Shown here: positions 41,560 through 54,461 of the stretch, piece after piece
Numbering within the stretch: the stretch's first letter is position 1
Layout: each line of letters starts with the position of its first letter
Origin: Octopus sinensis
Lineage: Eukaryota
Assembly: GCF_006345805.1 (NCBI RefSeq)
Contig: NC_043014.1
Coordinates: forward strand, 20,398,001-20,462,000
DNA length: 64,000 nucleotides
Direction: 5' to 3'
Notes under the pieces: model-generated
Told to the model about the DNA's origin: nothing
The model's database searches: none
What the model saw: the letters and a program-made list of their open reading frames with translations, nothing else
Made by a program: the position numbers and the translations under genes

Positions 41560-42365
41560 CATGGGTGAATGGCGTCAATAAGAGGATATTGAACCTGTCC
41601 TTGAATAAAGACAATCTTGACAATGCGGCCACCTATTATAGGAGGTGTTACCTGTCAGTGGGTTTAAGGACCTTGTCTCCTGTATGCTGGGAGCTAAAAC
41701 ACACAAAAGAAAGCGCCATCGTAAGGTCCTTTGGTTTTTCCCATCCTTCTCATTCAACGTCGAAATCTGCGTGGAAAGGATCTTCCTTACATTAGTAGGT
41801 AAGCATTTCACGCAATCCCATGCGTACAAACGATTATTTAATAGGCACATCTTAAGGGACACCTTCAGCTGTGAGACACAGAGAAGCAGGATTCTCATGT
41901 TGGGTTAACAGCGAGTGCCCAGAAAGCAGCTGATGCAACTCTGAGGCAGTGGTCTACGAGGCACATATGAACAGATAGCCATAAAGATACCAAATGCAAA
42001 GGTGGAAAATGAGACAGGAACTAGAAAAACGAAACTTCCCAAACCAAAGGAAGAAAAGTGCGCTATCAAAACACTACAGAGTGACAATTTCATCATAATA
42101 CTTCCAACGGACAAGGGAAATGCTACAGTGGTGATGAACAAATCTGAATACTCTGAGAAATTGGCAAGTCGCATAAGTGATGGTAGCTACAGCAAAGTAA
42201 AGAAAGACCCAACTCTGAAAGCAGAGAGGAAGTGGTCACAGAACTTGATCAAGAACAAGGACCACTGTCATCCACTGAGCCACTTCCTTGTGGATATAAT
42301 CAGTCCATTAGCAGGAAAGTCCACATCGTACGTGAAGAATTACATCTACTTTACAGAATTGATCA
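41560..42365 (+). mobile_element. PLE fragment, N-terminal to RT core, decayed
   Basis: IIILPTDKGNATVVMNKSEY.EK...Y..V.KDPT, ...LAGKSTSYVKN and upstream ILNLS: typical PLE DKG region; truncated by a SINE. Confidence 0.8.
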
Positions 42366-42373
42366 AATATACG

Positions 42374-42489
42374 CCGAAAGGATGAAAGCCAAAGTCGACC
42401 TCGGCGAAATTTGAACTCCGAAAGTTAAGACAGACGAAATACCGCTCAGCATTTCGCCCGGCGTGCTAACTTTTCTGGCAGCTCGCCGC
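42374..42489 (-). mobile_element. SINE family C head
   Basis: gaaaggatgaaagccaaagtcgacctcggcgaaatttgaactc...cccggcgtgctaac. Confidence 0.85.
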
Positions 42490-43365
42490 TTTCGTATGTA
42501 GTAATATTATATGTCGTTGCTAATGGCCAGTCAGAAAGTTACCATTGGTTACCATATATATAGTGTTATAATTTTTTTTACGAAAAACATAGATAGAGTA
42601 GAAGTGCTCTAGTCGAACATGATAAGTATAAGTTAGATAAGTATAGTGGATAGAATGGAACAAATTTCAAATCAAACAGACTACGATTAACACATAGATA
42701 TACGGGTTCAGTTAAGATAAAATAAGAATTGTCCAAACTGAAACATATACTGATATATTAGAGATGCAAAAATATATAGAAATATAAAAACATAAGAATA
42801 CTAAAAATATAGATGGACATATAGATATACAAACATACTAATAATAGACTATTGATACAAGATAATAGCAGAATATTGATAAGAAAACGTGTTTTTTTTT
42901 TGGGGGGGGGGGTAAATTTAAATATGGTATAGTAATAAACATTAAAAATAGCTTGGGGTTACATGTTAGGAGAAATACAATGTTCCGACAATCGTTTTTA
43001 TAGCTCATTCGTCTGAATTACAGACGAATCGTAAAATTCATTTCCAGAGAATGCTCCCTTCGTCTTAAAATTGATCTGTAATTCGAACGAAATGACCTCC
43101 AGAAACGATCGTCGGAACATTATTTTAATGGCTATTAATATACCATACTTAAAATTCTTTTAAACGTGTTTTCATCTGTTTCACTATTATTTTATTTATA
43201 TTCTATTATTAGTATATATATGTCTAAATATATATATGTCCATGTATATTTTTAGTATTCGTATATTTTTATATTTCTATATCTTTTTATATCTCAGTAT
43301 ATGTTTTAATTTGGACAATTCTTATTTTATCTATAATAAACCCGTATAAGTATCCATTCTATCCG

Positions 43366-43430
<65 letters not shown>

Positions 43431-43455
43431 GTATGTATGTATATATATGTATATA

Positions 43456-43514
<59 letters not shown>

Positions 43515-43525
43515 ATATATGTATA

Positions 43526-43558
<33 letters not shown>

Positions 43559-43834
43559 ATATATATATATGTGTGTGTATGTGTGTGTGTATGTCTGTGT
43601 GTGTACACTATATATATAGATATAGATATCTTGAAAGTTCTCTTGATGCTTTGCTTGATGTCGTAGCAAGTTCAAGTAAATTGAACTATTCATATCACCG
43701 TGAAAAAGAATGGTCTCATTAATCCACATCATATTGTAATCCCTGGCAGATTAATAAGTTATTCTTCTTTAATATGCGCTAGTGATTCAGCCAGCTCACC
43801 GCCTAATAATAATATTTATGTTTAAAATTTTGGC

Positions 43835-44045
43835 ACAAGGCCATCAATTTGAGGAGAAGAAGCAAGTTGATTACATCAACCCCAGTAATTGATTGGTACT
43901 TATTTTATCATCCCCATAAAGACGAAAGACAAAGATAAAGATGACAAAGTCCTCGGCGACATTTGATCTCAGAATATAAAGAGCTCGGAGAAATGCCAAT
44001 AAACATTTGTCCGATGCAGTAACGATTCTACTAGTTGACCACCTT
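43835..44045 (-). mobile_element. SINE family C, diverged
   Basis: ggcacaaggcc, tggtacttattttatc, tttgatctcagaa landmarks. Confidence 0.65.
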
Positions 44046-44084
44046 AAGTCTAATAATCCTGTCTATGATTGGCACGAGGCCTAA

Positions 44085-44365
44085 AATAAACAAATAACGT
44101 AAGATCATAGACTTTGCAAATCCCTATGATGACTGAGCCGATACCAAGAAACTGGAAAATACCAGGATGCAACCAAAGAACTGAAGAGACTGTGGAAAGT
44201 AAGACAACAATTATTTCTGAGGTAATCGGTATACTTGCCACAAACCCAAACTGCTGTGTAAGAGACTGAAAGATATTGGAATTAAGAGGCGCATTATCGA
44301 CCATCTGAAAGGTATCATCCTATATTCTGCAAGGATCTTAAGAAAGTTTCTTGAGAGTTGAGGAG
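44085..44365 (+). mobile_element. 3' end of a second RLE-type non-LTR element
   Basis: KIIDFANPYD, KELKRLW, VIGILA, IILYSARILRKFLE in broken frames. Confidence 0.65.
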
Positions 44366-45241
44366 ACTTGTTCTTTCCAAACTTCGAGATAAAATTCCTG
44401 CAAGTTAAACTAGAATGCACTAGATTAATTATCCTTTCTGCTATATTAATTATCCTTTCTACTTTCGGCATAAGACTTAGGATTTGGGAGGAGAGGATAG
44501 TAGATTACACCTGCCCCGGTACTTTACTGGTCTATCATGTTATCGGCCACTAACGGTTGAAAAGCAAAGTTGAACTCGGCGAGAATAATAATTTCAAATA
44601 TTGCAGCATAGAAGCAACAATACTTCAAGCAGAAGACATTACTGTGGAACATAATCTAATAGCAACTCAGAATCTTTACATAGGCATGAGAGAAGGAAAA
44701 CTTAAACAGCAATCTTATAATCCCATTCCCTGCAATTAGATAGATTTTAATGAAAGCAATTTTAATGAAAGGAACCCAGTACGAGAGGGATTTTTAATTT
44801 TATCAACTCCGTAAAGATAAAAGACAAAGCTCTTACGGCGGGAAATGGAAAGTTGACTCCGGCGGAATTTGAAATCAGAACCTAATGAATCAGAAGAAAT
44901 TAAGATTATCATCATCACCGTTAGTTAAACTAACTTCATAGCTTCAAAAACTATTACGAAATTATATTTCTAACCGCATATTGATGAAATATTAAACTTC
45001 TCTCTTTCTATCTTTATCGTTCTCTGTCTCTCACAATATCTCAGACTTTCTCTTCTCCCTCTCTACCACGTATTTATATTTCTAATTTTCTTCCCTTCTC
45101 CTTTCTTTCTTTCGCGACCTTTTATTATCTCTGTCGCTTTCGATATTTCTCCTTCCCACTCGTTTTCTCAGTTCGACTCTCCATCATATCTGAGCGTCCT
45201 TAAATATTCATGAGTTTGTGTATGTGGGTATAATTGTAGAT

Positions 45242-45280
<39 letters not shown>

Positions 45281-45286
45281 CACATG

Positions 45287-45342
<56 letters not shown>

Positions 45343-45774
45343 CACACACACACACACACATATCTGTATATAAAAACACACATATATCCATATGTGTGTG
45401 TGTGTGTCCCCCAGTCAGCGAGTTTGTTTATGCATGAGTGAACTTTTCTCTCATTGCATCATGTTATTTTTCATTAAATCACTTTGTCTTTCTTCTCTCT
45501 CTCCCTTCTCTTTCTTATTTCCCCTCTTCGCTCACACGCATACGCACACACACGCATACACACAGACACATGCACACATATATATATTGATAAAGAGAGT
45601 TGCTTTGAAATAACCGTTCCGTTTCTCTGCACTCCGATTTAAAATAATACGAACTCAACTTTGCTTTTCATCATGTCATGGTCGATAAATAAAGCACCAA
45701 TTTTGTATTGTACTTATTTGGCATCTTTCTCACAGTTTTTCCTCTGTATGTCTCTCTTTTCCACTCTTTGTCTT

Positions 45775-45809
<35 letters not shown>

Positions 45810-45826
45810 CGTATATATATACATAC

Positions 45827-45881
<55 letters not shown>

Positions 45882-45885
<4 letters not shown>

Positions 45886-46599
45886 ATAGGAAAGAATGGA
45901 GCTGAACGAAGATTTAACAAAATTCCTTTATTTTATTTTCGACATATGTTTCGAAGTCTGCAAAGTCCCTAATTCCGAGTGAATAAGGAGTCCATTATGC
46001 AGCTTTCTCTTCAGGAAAATCCAGGAACTTAATTCTCCAACAAAATGCACAACAAGCTTTTCGACGACTGCTCACGAGGAGCCCATAAAAATAATGATAA
46101 AAAATGTCTATTTATAGGGGTTGACGCCAGATTGGATGAAAGCAGAAGAAATTGTCCGTTGACATAGTTCAAGGGCAGCATCAAGGTAGTAGAAGGAAGG
46201 TATAGAAAAATTAAAGAGTGTGAATGTATTCTGTATGACTGGTGTTTATATTTGATTTATTTTATGAATGAGTGCTCGAATGTATGAGTGTGTAAAATTG
46301 CCTTAATGTATGTGTGTGTGCGTCTTTGAATGCGTGAAAGTGTGTATGGAATGCAGAGAGAAAGAGATAGCAAGAATTAACGGTCAAGAACTGAAAAGAC
46401 TGTGTCTGTGTGCTTGAATGTGACAGCTTAATAGGGAGAGGGCGGCCACAATAGCAATGACAAGATACAAGGTTACTGTTGGGATTGGTAGTAGTTCTTG
46501 GCAACTATGAGAAAGTCTTTTATACTAACAGGGATGAGGTATCACCTTTCAAATTTTTTTAGGAAATCCAGGGGTTATCTATATTAGACTTCATTGGTA
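45882..46599 (-). repeat. Left arm (3' pLTR, sense to the ORF)
   Basis: Reverse complement of 47779-48496; about 11 substitutions counted by eye, no indels seen. Confidence 0.95.
45935..46020 (-). ncRNA. Type I hammerhead ribozyme with extended stem II (sense copy)
   Basis: Exact reverse complement of 48358-48443. Confidence 0.8.
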
Positions 46600-46620
46600 T
46601 GAGAAAAAGGTATGCTTTTT

Positions 46621-47293
46621 CTAGTGTGGGCATCTGAAAGAACTCTCCACAATCGAGTTTATTAGTCGGCCTCGGGCAAACAGAATATGAAAGTGTTCGG
46701 AATTACATAGGGCACAGATTTTTTTGCCCTTATCAAACGGTAAAGACACCGATAATATTGACCATTCCAGCCTAAATGTTGAATTCGCGTTCTTCAAACG
46801 CCAGACTAATTTGCTTAGCCCAGTAGAGTGTTGTTTCTTTTTATCCCTAAACGTGGAAAAATGGTTTGATATTCTTGTGGCTAATTTAGATGATGTAGCG
46901 CCGATATAGAGGAAGACATCGGATCCAGCATAAATTCTGCACTGGTAAATGGCGTTTCTAATTTTGGAGTTATTTGATAAGAACCTTATTCTATTGGGAT
47001 TAGTTTCCGATACTAATACAGCGTTCTTATTACTATGATGGTTGTAAAAACTACCGCTGGATTCGATACTATTCACCCCATTATCATTACTATTTAAGGC
47101 AATATCACCTGCATATTCCCTGTTTCTGGGAATGCTGTGATTGATAATGTCCGTAAAACTACTGTTGTTAAAACCGCTGCTAATATTATTGTTGAGACTC
47201 CCTCTGTTTATGACGAGGTCAGTGCTCTTATCCTTATTACTATTACTAATGCCAATGCTGGTATGAAGGCTGCTAATATCTGTGCTACTTCTA

Positions 47294-47324
<31 letters not shown>

Positions 47325-47784
47325 ATGTTATGTTGGAATTTAAAGGGGCAGAGTCTCTGCTCATGGGTGACAGGGCCTTATTTAGCAGCTTATTGTTATG
47401 GGAGGCAATTATCTGTGAAAGATTTTTAGTATTTGAGAAAGCTATCCTTACTTTGTGCGAATTTATAGTGGAGTAATATCTCGAATTTCTGGGAAAATTT
47501 CTGGCAATGGCTTGGCGAAACTGCAACGGTAGGTTAGATCTGATTTGTTTACCAAAGGGAATCACAAACCAGATATAGTTTTTCCTGTTCTTGTACTGGC
47601 TCGGAGAGTCAACTCTTACATTAAGGGGGGCATCTCTGGGTTGAATAATGGGTTTTGGCCTCGTTATCATGAAAGAAAGCGAGCCATCTAATTCAGTTGA
47701 TGAATGCATTTGTTTTGCAGACAATTTCCTTAAGGAAGGTTTCCTTTGGTGGTATAGGAATGTCCTTAAGGGACGCGTTACCAA
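46621..47784 (-). CDS. PLE thumb/linker plus GIY-YIG endonuclease, no RT core (387 codons, N-terminus truncated)
   Basis: YIWFVIPF...FP...INSHKVRIAFS.T.NL..II.SHN.K.L linker; AIYQCRI...YIGAT...RISNH...STGLSK..W.LK...WSIL...CALCNSE...LIN...RCPH. No stop or frameshift. Confidence 0.88.
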
Positions 47785-48496
47785 TGAAGTCTAATATAGA
47801 TAACCCCTGGATTTCCTAAAAAAATTTGAAAGGTGATACCTCATCCCTGTTAGTATAAAAGACTTTCTCATAGTTGCCAAGAACTACTACCTATCCCAAC
47901 AGTAACCTTGTATCTTGTCATTGCTATTGTGGCCGCCCTCTCCCTATTAAGTTGTCACATTCAAGCACACAGACACAGTCTTTTCAGTTCTTGACCGTTA
48001 ATTCTTGCTATCTCTCTCTCTCTGCATTCCACACACACTTTCACGCATTCAAAGACGCACACACACATACATTAAGGCAATTTTACACACTCATACATTC
48101 GAGCACTCATTCATAAAATACATCAAATATAAACACCCGTCATACAGAATACATTCACACTCTTTAATTTTCCTATACCTTCCTTCTACTACCTTGATGC
48201 TGCCCTTGAACTATGTCAACGGACAATTTCTTCTACTTTCATCCAATCTAGCGTCAACCCCTATAAATAGACATTTTTTATCATTATTTTTATGGGCTCC
48301 TCGTGAGCAGTCGTCGAAAATCTTGTTGTGCATTTTGTTGGATAATTAAGTTCCTGGATTTTCCTGAAGAGAAAGCTGCATAATGGACTCCTTATTCACT
48401 CGGAATTAGGGACTTTGCAGACTTCGAAACATATGTCGAAAATAAAATAAAGGAATTTTGTTAAATCTTCGTTCAGCTCCATTCTTTCCTATACTT
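47779..48496 (+). repeat. Right arm (inverted pLTR copy)
   Basis: See left arm. Confidence 0.95.
48358..48443 (+). ncRNA. Type I hammerhead ribozyme with extended stem II (inverted copy)
   Basis: Stem I ATTTTC/GAAAAT, core CTGAAGA 48364-48370, 55-nt stem II 48371-48425, GAAA, palindromic CATATG, TC cleavage site at 48437. Confidence 0.8.
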
Positions 48497-48673
48497 AATA
48501 TATAAAACTTCAAATTTCCGCACTAAGGCACGGTTTTTATGCCCTATGGTGGTAACTTCAACCGTGCCCTTTCTGTTGTGAGTTTGCTACCCAGGTATCG
48601 GTTATCTTTCGAATTATCCGTAATAAGATAATTCATTTGTCTACTTAAATATATATATATATATATATAATAT

Positions 48674-48712
<39 letters not shown>

Positions 48713-49149
48713 TATATATGTGCGTGCGTGTGCGTGCGCGTGTGTGTGTGTCCGGAGTATGTTCTGTGGTTTACAGGTTTGTGGTTTCAGGCTAATAACA
48801 CGATTGTTTATTCTCGTATGTTTGCATTCTATCCTTTCAGCTAGTTTGCGTTTAGGTACAACACTGGCATTTACAATGCAGTATATTACAACACACGACA
48901 CAAGAAAAAACAAGCTGGATAAGGACTGGTTAATAACACAAATGTCCCCTGCATAGTGTCATGAAGCATTAATATATTAAAAATGGAAGTTTTATCAATC
49001 GGAAAATACAAAGAAAATATTGAAACACATGCCGTAGTTAGAAACACACTCGAAATAATTAATAATTTCTTAATATAAATTAGGGTTAACAGATAATATT
49101 TTCACTTAACGATGACGATATGGTCTCTATCAACATTATTTCCATAATA

Positions 49150-49800
49150 AATTTTGTCTGTTTTACAAAGCGTACTGTATCAGGAATAGGAGACGGCATC
49201 TACAGCGTCCCAGGTTTTCTAAAACCAGTGAGGATGATGTCAATGTTCTCCTTGAACCATTGGAAGTCATCACACACAAGAAAGACATGAGCAAGAAGAA
49301 TACTTTCAGAGGTCCAACTTTTGGGGATGGAAGCACTGAGTGTAGGGGTTACTATAAAACCTGAGAGATATTAAACACAGGAAAAAATTACAAAAGAAGG
49401 ACGAGACAGCTAGGATGAGAAATATTCTGTGCAAGTTGTATGTACCCAGCCACCCCCAAGGAGCAGTTGTTTTAGTAACGACAGAAAAGACAGAGACATG
49501 GGACAATATGCCTATACACCAGAGGCTGGAACGTGTTTGTGACTGACTTCTTGCAAGTCAGATGATCAGAATGGATGCAGTCTAGGATATCTGTTTGCAG
49601 CAGGTGCACTACACCAGATCTGAGAGTAATAATTCATTGCTAGCCTCGCCTGACATTTGTAGAATATAGAGAGTCAAAAGATATTTGTTGTTGGGCAAGA
49701 AATATCCTTTGACTCTCAAGATCAGGGTCGGCCACTGGGATGCTATATGGGCTGAGGTAAGGATGTACTTTCTGCAGGAAGTATATGAAAGTAACATTAA
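49150..49800 (-). mobile_element. Possible decayed LINE APE-endonuclease region
   Basis: Minus-strand VFLVCDDFQ resembles the xGDFN motif; otherwise very degenerate. Confidence 0.25.
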
Positions 49801-49950
49801 TTTTGTTTTGGTCCTTCTCAACTAATCAATAAACAGATTGAGTAAACCTATCGGTAAGGTGCCTATAATGACTCCTGGAAACAGCTGTAAGCCAAATTTG
49901 CTGTAATAAAAGAAAATATGTAATGACCATTATTTAGAACTTGTCTTATG

Positions 49951-50005
<55 letters not shown>

Positions 50006-50887
50006 CACCATTGTGTCCATTTCTCTCTATACGTCACTTTCAAGTCAATGTAAGAGACCCAAGTATTCGGTCTACTTGAAATAAGAAGCAGTCAAATCTG
50101 CCTCAAATCATATCTCACTGTCATTATAAAAGGAGAAAGAGACTCATTGAAAAGTGCTTAATCCTTGACACTTCTAAACGGCTACGATGATTATGGCCCA
50201 AATGGCTTTGATATTTGGTATGATTGATCACGGTTGACTTCTTAATTAAACGCAACAACTTGTTGAATTTCTATACCCAGTTTCTCTTTTTCTATCTCCT
50301 CTCTTTCCCTTTTCTATAATCATTTGCTTGCACGCGTGAGAATATTTGTATGTTTACGTTCGATAGAAGTAAAGCATGCTTGTGTATAAGAGAGTGTATC
50401 TGTGTGTATGTGTACGCCATTTGTTTGTCATTCGTTCCCTTTTTTCCGGTTTAGTCTTTCTTTTCGTCCCTTCCTCTCTCTTCCTCATTTTGCTTCTCCC
50501 TTTATATGAAAAATTGTTGTATTGAAACGAAAATATTCAAGATTAAAATATTGAATAAAGCAGACGGCGACATAGAATAGAGATAAAAGTGAACAATAAC
50601 ATCATTGGAGACGATCCACCGAACCGAAAATACAACACAATTTGATCAAATGTCTTCATTAATTTGCAAATATTTTTGCCTTCAACCTCAAAACTGATTT
50701 ATTTTTGTAACTTCTCAGATGATTTCCGATTTACAACAAACTCTACTGAATATTTTAATATATACCTAAAGGAAACATTGTTCCTCGTCATCTTTAAATT
50801 TACTTTTACAAAGCATATCCGCTTTTTTGTGGAGACGGTTTCAATAATGCAGCAATGATGTCTCCAAAGAATGAAATATTTTAATTT

Positions 50888-50934
<47 letters not shown>

Positions 50935-52450
50935 TTCTCTTCAATTCTCCCTCTTTCTCTCTCTTCCCTTTTCTCTTCTCGCAGTTTTCTCTCTCAATGT
51001 TGTCATCTCCAGATAGACATTGAAGCATAGATACACCTTATACATTTTGATCATTTTTATTGTTTATGTACAGTAAATATATTATAAGCTTATTATATAA
51101 TATACAATATCTATATTGTATTTCTAAGTGATGCAGCTAAAAGAAAATTACATAATTTACTACTTCTATTTCGAACAGTTAACTTCCCCCACCTGTCATT
51201 GTTGTCGATATTCTTATTAATGATGTACATTTTGAGTCTTTTTTATGCATATATAATTGAAACGAGATATATTTTCTCGAATCACTCAGTTAGTTTTTGA
51301 CACAACACCGGATTTTATATTGGCAAAGATAAACACAAATATACACACCTGCGTGTCTATCTATATATTTCCACCTGTATTTCTCTACCTACTTACCTAC
51401 ATAGCTATCTAATTGCAGGGAATGGGATTATAAAATACTGTTTAAGTTTTCCTTCTCTCATGCCTATGTAAAAATTCTGATTTGCTATAAGATTATGTTC
51501 CACAGAGATGTCTTCTACTTCATGTATTGTTGTTTCATGTATTGTTGTTTCTATGCTGCAATATTTTCCCACTGAGCTTTAATAATGTTCCTGCATTAGA
51601 ATGTTCGTCAGTGAGAAACATTGGTTAGTGTATGTGATATTTGCTTCTTTTATGTTTATGATGCAACTATGAGTAATTTCAAGGTTGTGTCTGTTAAACG
51701 TTCTCTCTGTGAATGATAAGGAGGGATTATTTGTGTATAAGAGTTAGGATGTCTCTTGCAATATAAAATTTTACATTAAGTGAAGACTGAGAAGTTAACC
51801 ACATGACATTATGACGTCACTCTATCATATGTAGAACCGAGAAGTGGGGTATATTAGTAATGTTCTCTTTGAATTTACCAGTTTGTAAGTTATATTACTT
51901 TTACAACGATTTTTCATTCTAAGAAAGATTGGAAATCTTTCTCTCAATATTAAAGATGACGCTGTAAGCAGTTCATTTTTAAGGCGGTGAGCTAGCACAA
52001 TCGTTAGCACTCTGGGCAAAATACTTAGCGGCACTTCGTCAGTCTTTAAGTCCTGAGTTCAAATTCTGCCGAGTCTCAAAATTTCAGTAATTCACAATAT
52101 ACAACACATACATGTATATGTAAACAGAGATAAAAAAAAAGAAAGATATCCGCACGCTGAAACTAGGTAGATAGTAATAATTATTAGAAACTAAAATTCC
52201 ACATGCTAGCAACTCTGAATCACACGCTATCGCTGTATATTACTTGACCTGGAATTCTGAGTAAGACCTAACAAGTTTAATCTGAATATAAGAGATCATT
52301 CTGATGGCATATGGTTAACAACCGTGTTGGTGAACAATGAAAAACCCTCACTTTCGCAACTCTTGGTGTTCAATTTTCCAATTTCCACAATAAATCGTTA
52401 CTCTATATTTGATATATTTCATAGATGTAGGACGATGCAATACACTCTAA

Positions 52451-52487
<37 letters not shown>

Positions 52488-53034
52488 AATTCACCTTTTT
52501 TTAATAGTATCTCGAAGCACATACCTGCTGTAAATAATAGCAGATTAATAATGGGCTAAGGAAGGGATTTTCAACCTAATATTTGCATGCTATTATTCAT
52601 ATCATTTATGACCTTCGAGATACAATTCCAAAAATAGAAAAAAATGGAAAAGGAATTATCTTACGTTTTCTCGGAAATCTATGACGTCAACAACATACAG
52701 TTCTCGCTGTTAATAATAAAGTCCCTAAAATGGATAGAGAAATCGAAAGATTGTTTTGGTCCAATAGTAGAATGTGTGTCATGTCTGCAGGTGACGTGAG
52801 TTCGAGTCACACGGGCAGCCTTCGATTTTTTTCTCTCCAAAAGGATTTCTCACACCGATATTTACATGCTATCATTTATCGTATTTATGAGCTTCGGGAT
52901 ATAATTCGCCCACCCGAAAAAAAAAAAGAAATTATTTCACGTTCACCCGAAAATTGATAAATTCTTATGTCAACAATATGTGTGTGTGTGTTTGTGTGTG
53001 CGCTTGTGTGTATGCATGTATGTATCATTTTATT

Positions 53035-53346
53035 TGTGTTGTTCTATACACATTTCGACGCTTATAAAAGCAAATGTCTGCTTATATTTATACACGTAGT
53101 TGTACATTAACTATTTACCGTCCAAAATCGCGGTGAAATTTGTCGGAGGATAGTTTAGCTTAATGGTAAAGCACTCAACCAAGACTTTGCAGGATATAGA
53201 TTCGAGTCCCATTGCTGGTTGTTGAAAAATTCTTTCCGCTTTCTAACAGTAAATTACCCGATGATTCTACAGTTATAACGGCAATTCTGAGTTCGATCCA
53301 ATATCTTATGTGTCGTTCTATACACATTTCGACGATTATAAAAGCA
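53035..53346 (+). mobile_element. tRNA-like cassette (about 53147-53220) flanked by 38-bp direct repeats
   Basis: Repeats 53035-53072 and 53309-53346 (2 mismatches); A-box TAGCTTAATGG, B-box-like ATTCGAGTCCC. Confidence 0.65.
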
Positions 53347-53643
53347 TATATATATATATATATATAGATAGATAGATAGATATAGATATACATATATATA
53401 CATATATATACATATATATATACACACACATATATATATATATATGTATACATATATATGTATGTATATATACATATATATTTTTTATGTATATATACAT
53501 ATATATATATACGTATGTATCTAAGTGAATGTATATGTGTGTCTGTGGCAATGTTTTTTTTAGTGTAACAATTACATAGTGGTTGGATAATTACAGACAT
53601 CGAATTTACTGTACGATATAATCAATTTATTATTATTATTATT

Positions 53644-53765
<122 letters not shown>

Positions 53766-54461
53766 AATCATCATCATAATTATTCTAATCAGCAATGTTT
53801 TTAATTAGGGATCAAAGTATTTCGATCTACCACGATGACGTTTAATATAAACGTTATATATCTTTATAAACGTTATATATATTTAAATGTATTTTTGTCA
53901 TTCAATCATATAAATAAAGCGCGTTTTTAATTGCAACAGGGACTCGAAAAGACGATATCATTTTAGTTCCAGCGGAAGATCTAAGATAAAATCCTTTGCC
54001 AAACATTGGCAACAGAGAAACATATTACAGACAGAGAGTGAAGGTGGAGGGGCGAAAGTTGACCTATATCGCCTCTTCTTGAATGCCATTATAGAAAATA
54101 ATTTTGTTCTGTTTTATTTTTTTCTTTCAGTATTTAATATTCCATCTCCTGCAGACGTTTAAAACTAAATATATTTGTGTATGTCTATGTGCATATGCAT
54201 ATTGCTGCGTGCATGAATGTGTTTGCGTGTGTGTGTGTGTGTGTGTGTGGTGTGTGTGTGTGTGCGTGTGTGCGTGTGTGTGTGTGCGCGCGCGTATGTG
54301 TGCATGTATATGTGTGATTGATAAAACTATTTTCTCAAAACGGATCTTTTAGGTTTTCTAAAACAGATTCAAGTGGAATACTAGAGCGGTAAGCTAGTTT
54401 ATGTGCCTTTGTATGTAAGTGTATGTAATGATATTACTTATATCTGTGTCAAATCATGGCA

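Larger units (their letters stand above)
45882..48650 (-). mobile_element. 5'-truncated Penelope-like element with inverted pseudo-LTRs
   Basis: 718-bp inverted arms, central GIY-YIG ORF, hammerhead in each arm, (AT)n on both flanks, about 150 bp extra tail beyond the right arm. Confidence 0.9.

Noticed and set aside
46262-46504. Twin 80-aa ORFs at 46262-46504 and 47874-48116
   Set aside because: Mirror products of the inverted arms; non-coding pLTR sequence with CA/CT bias.
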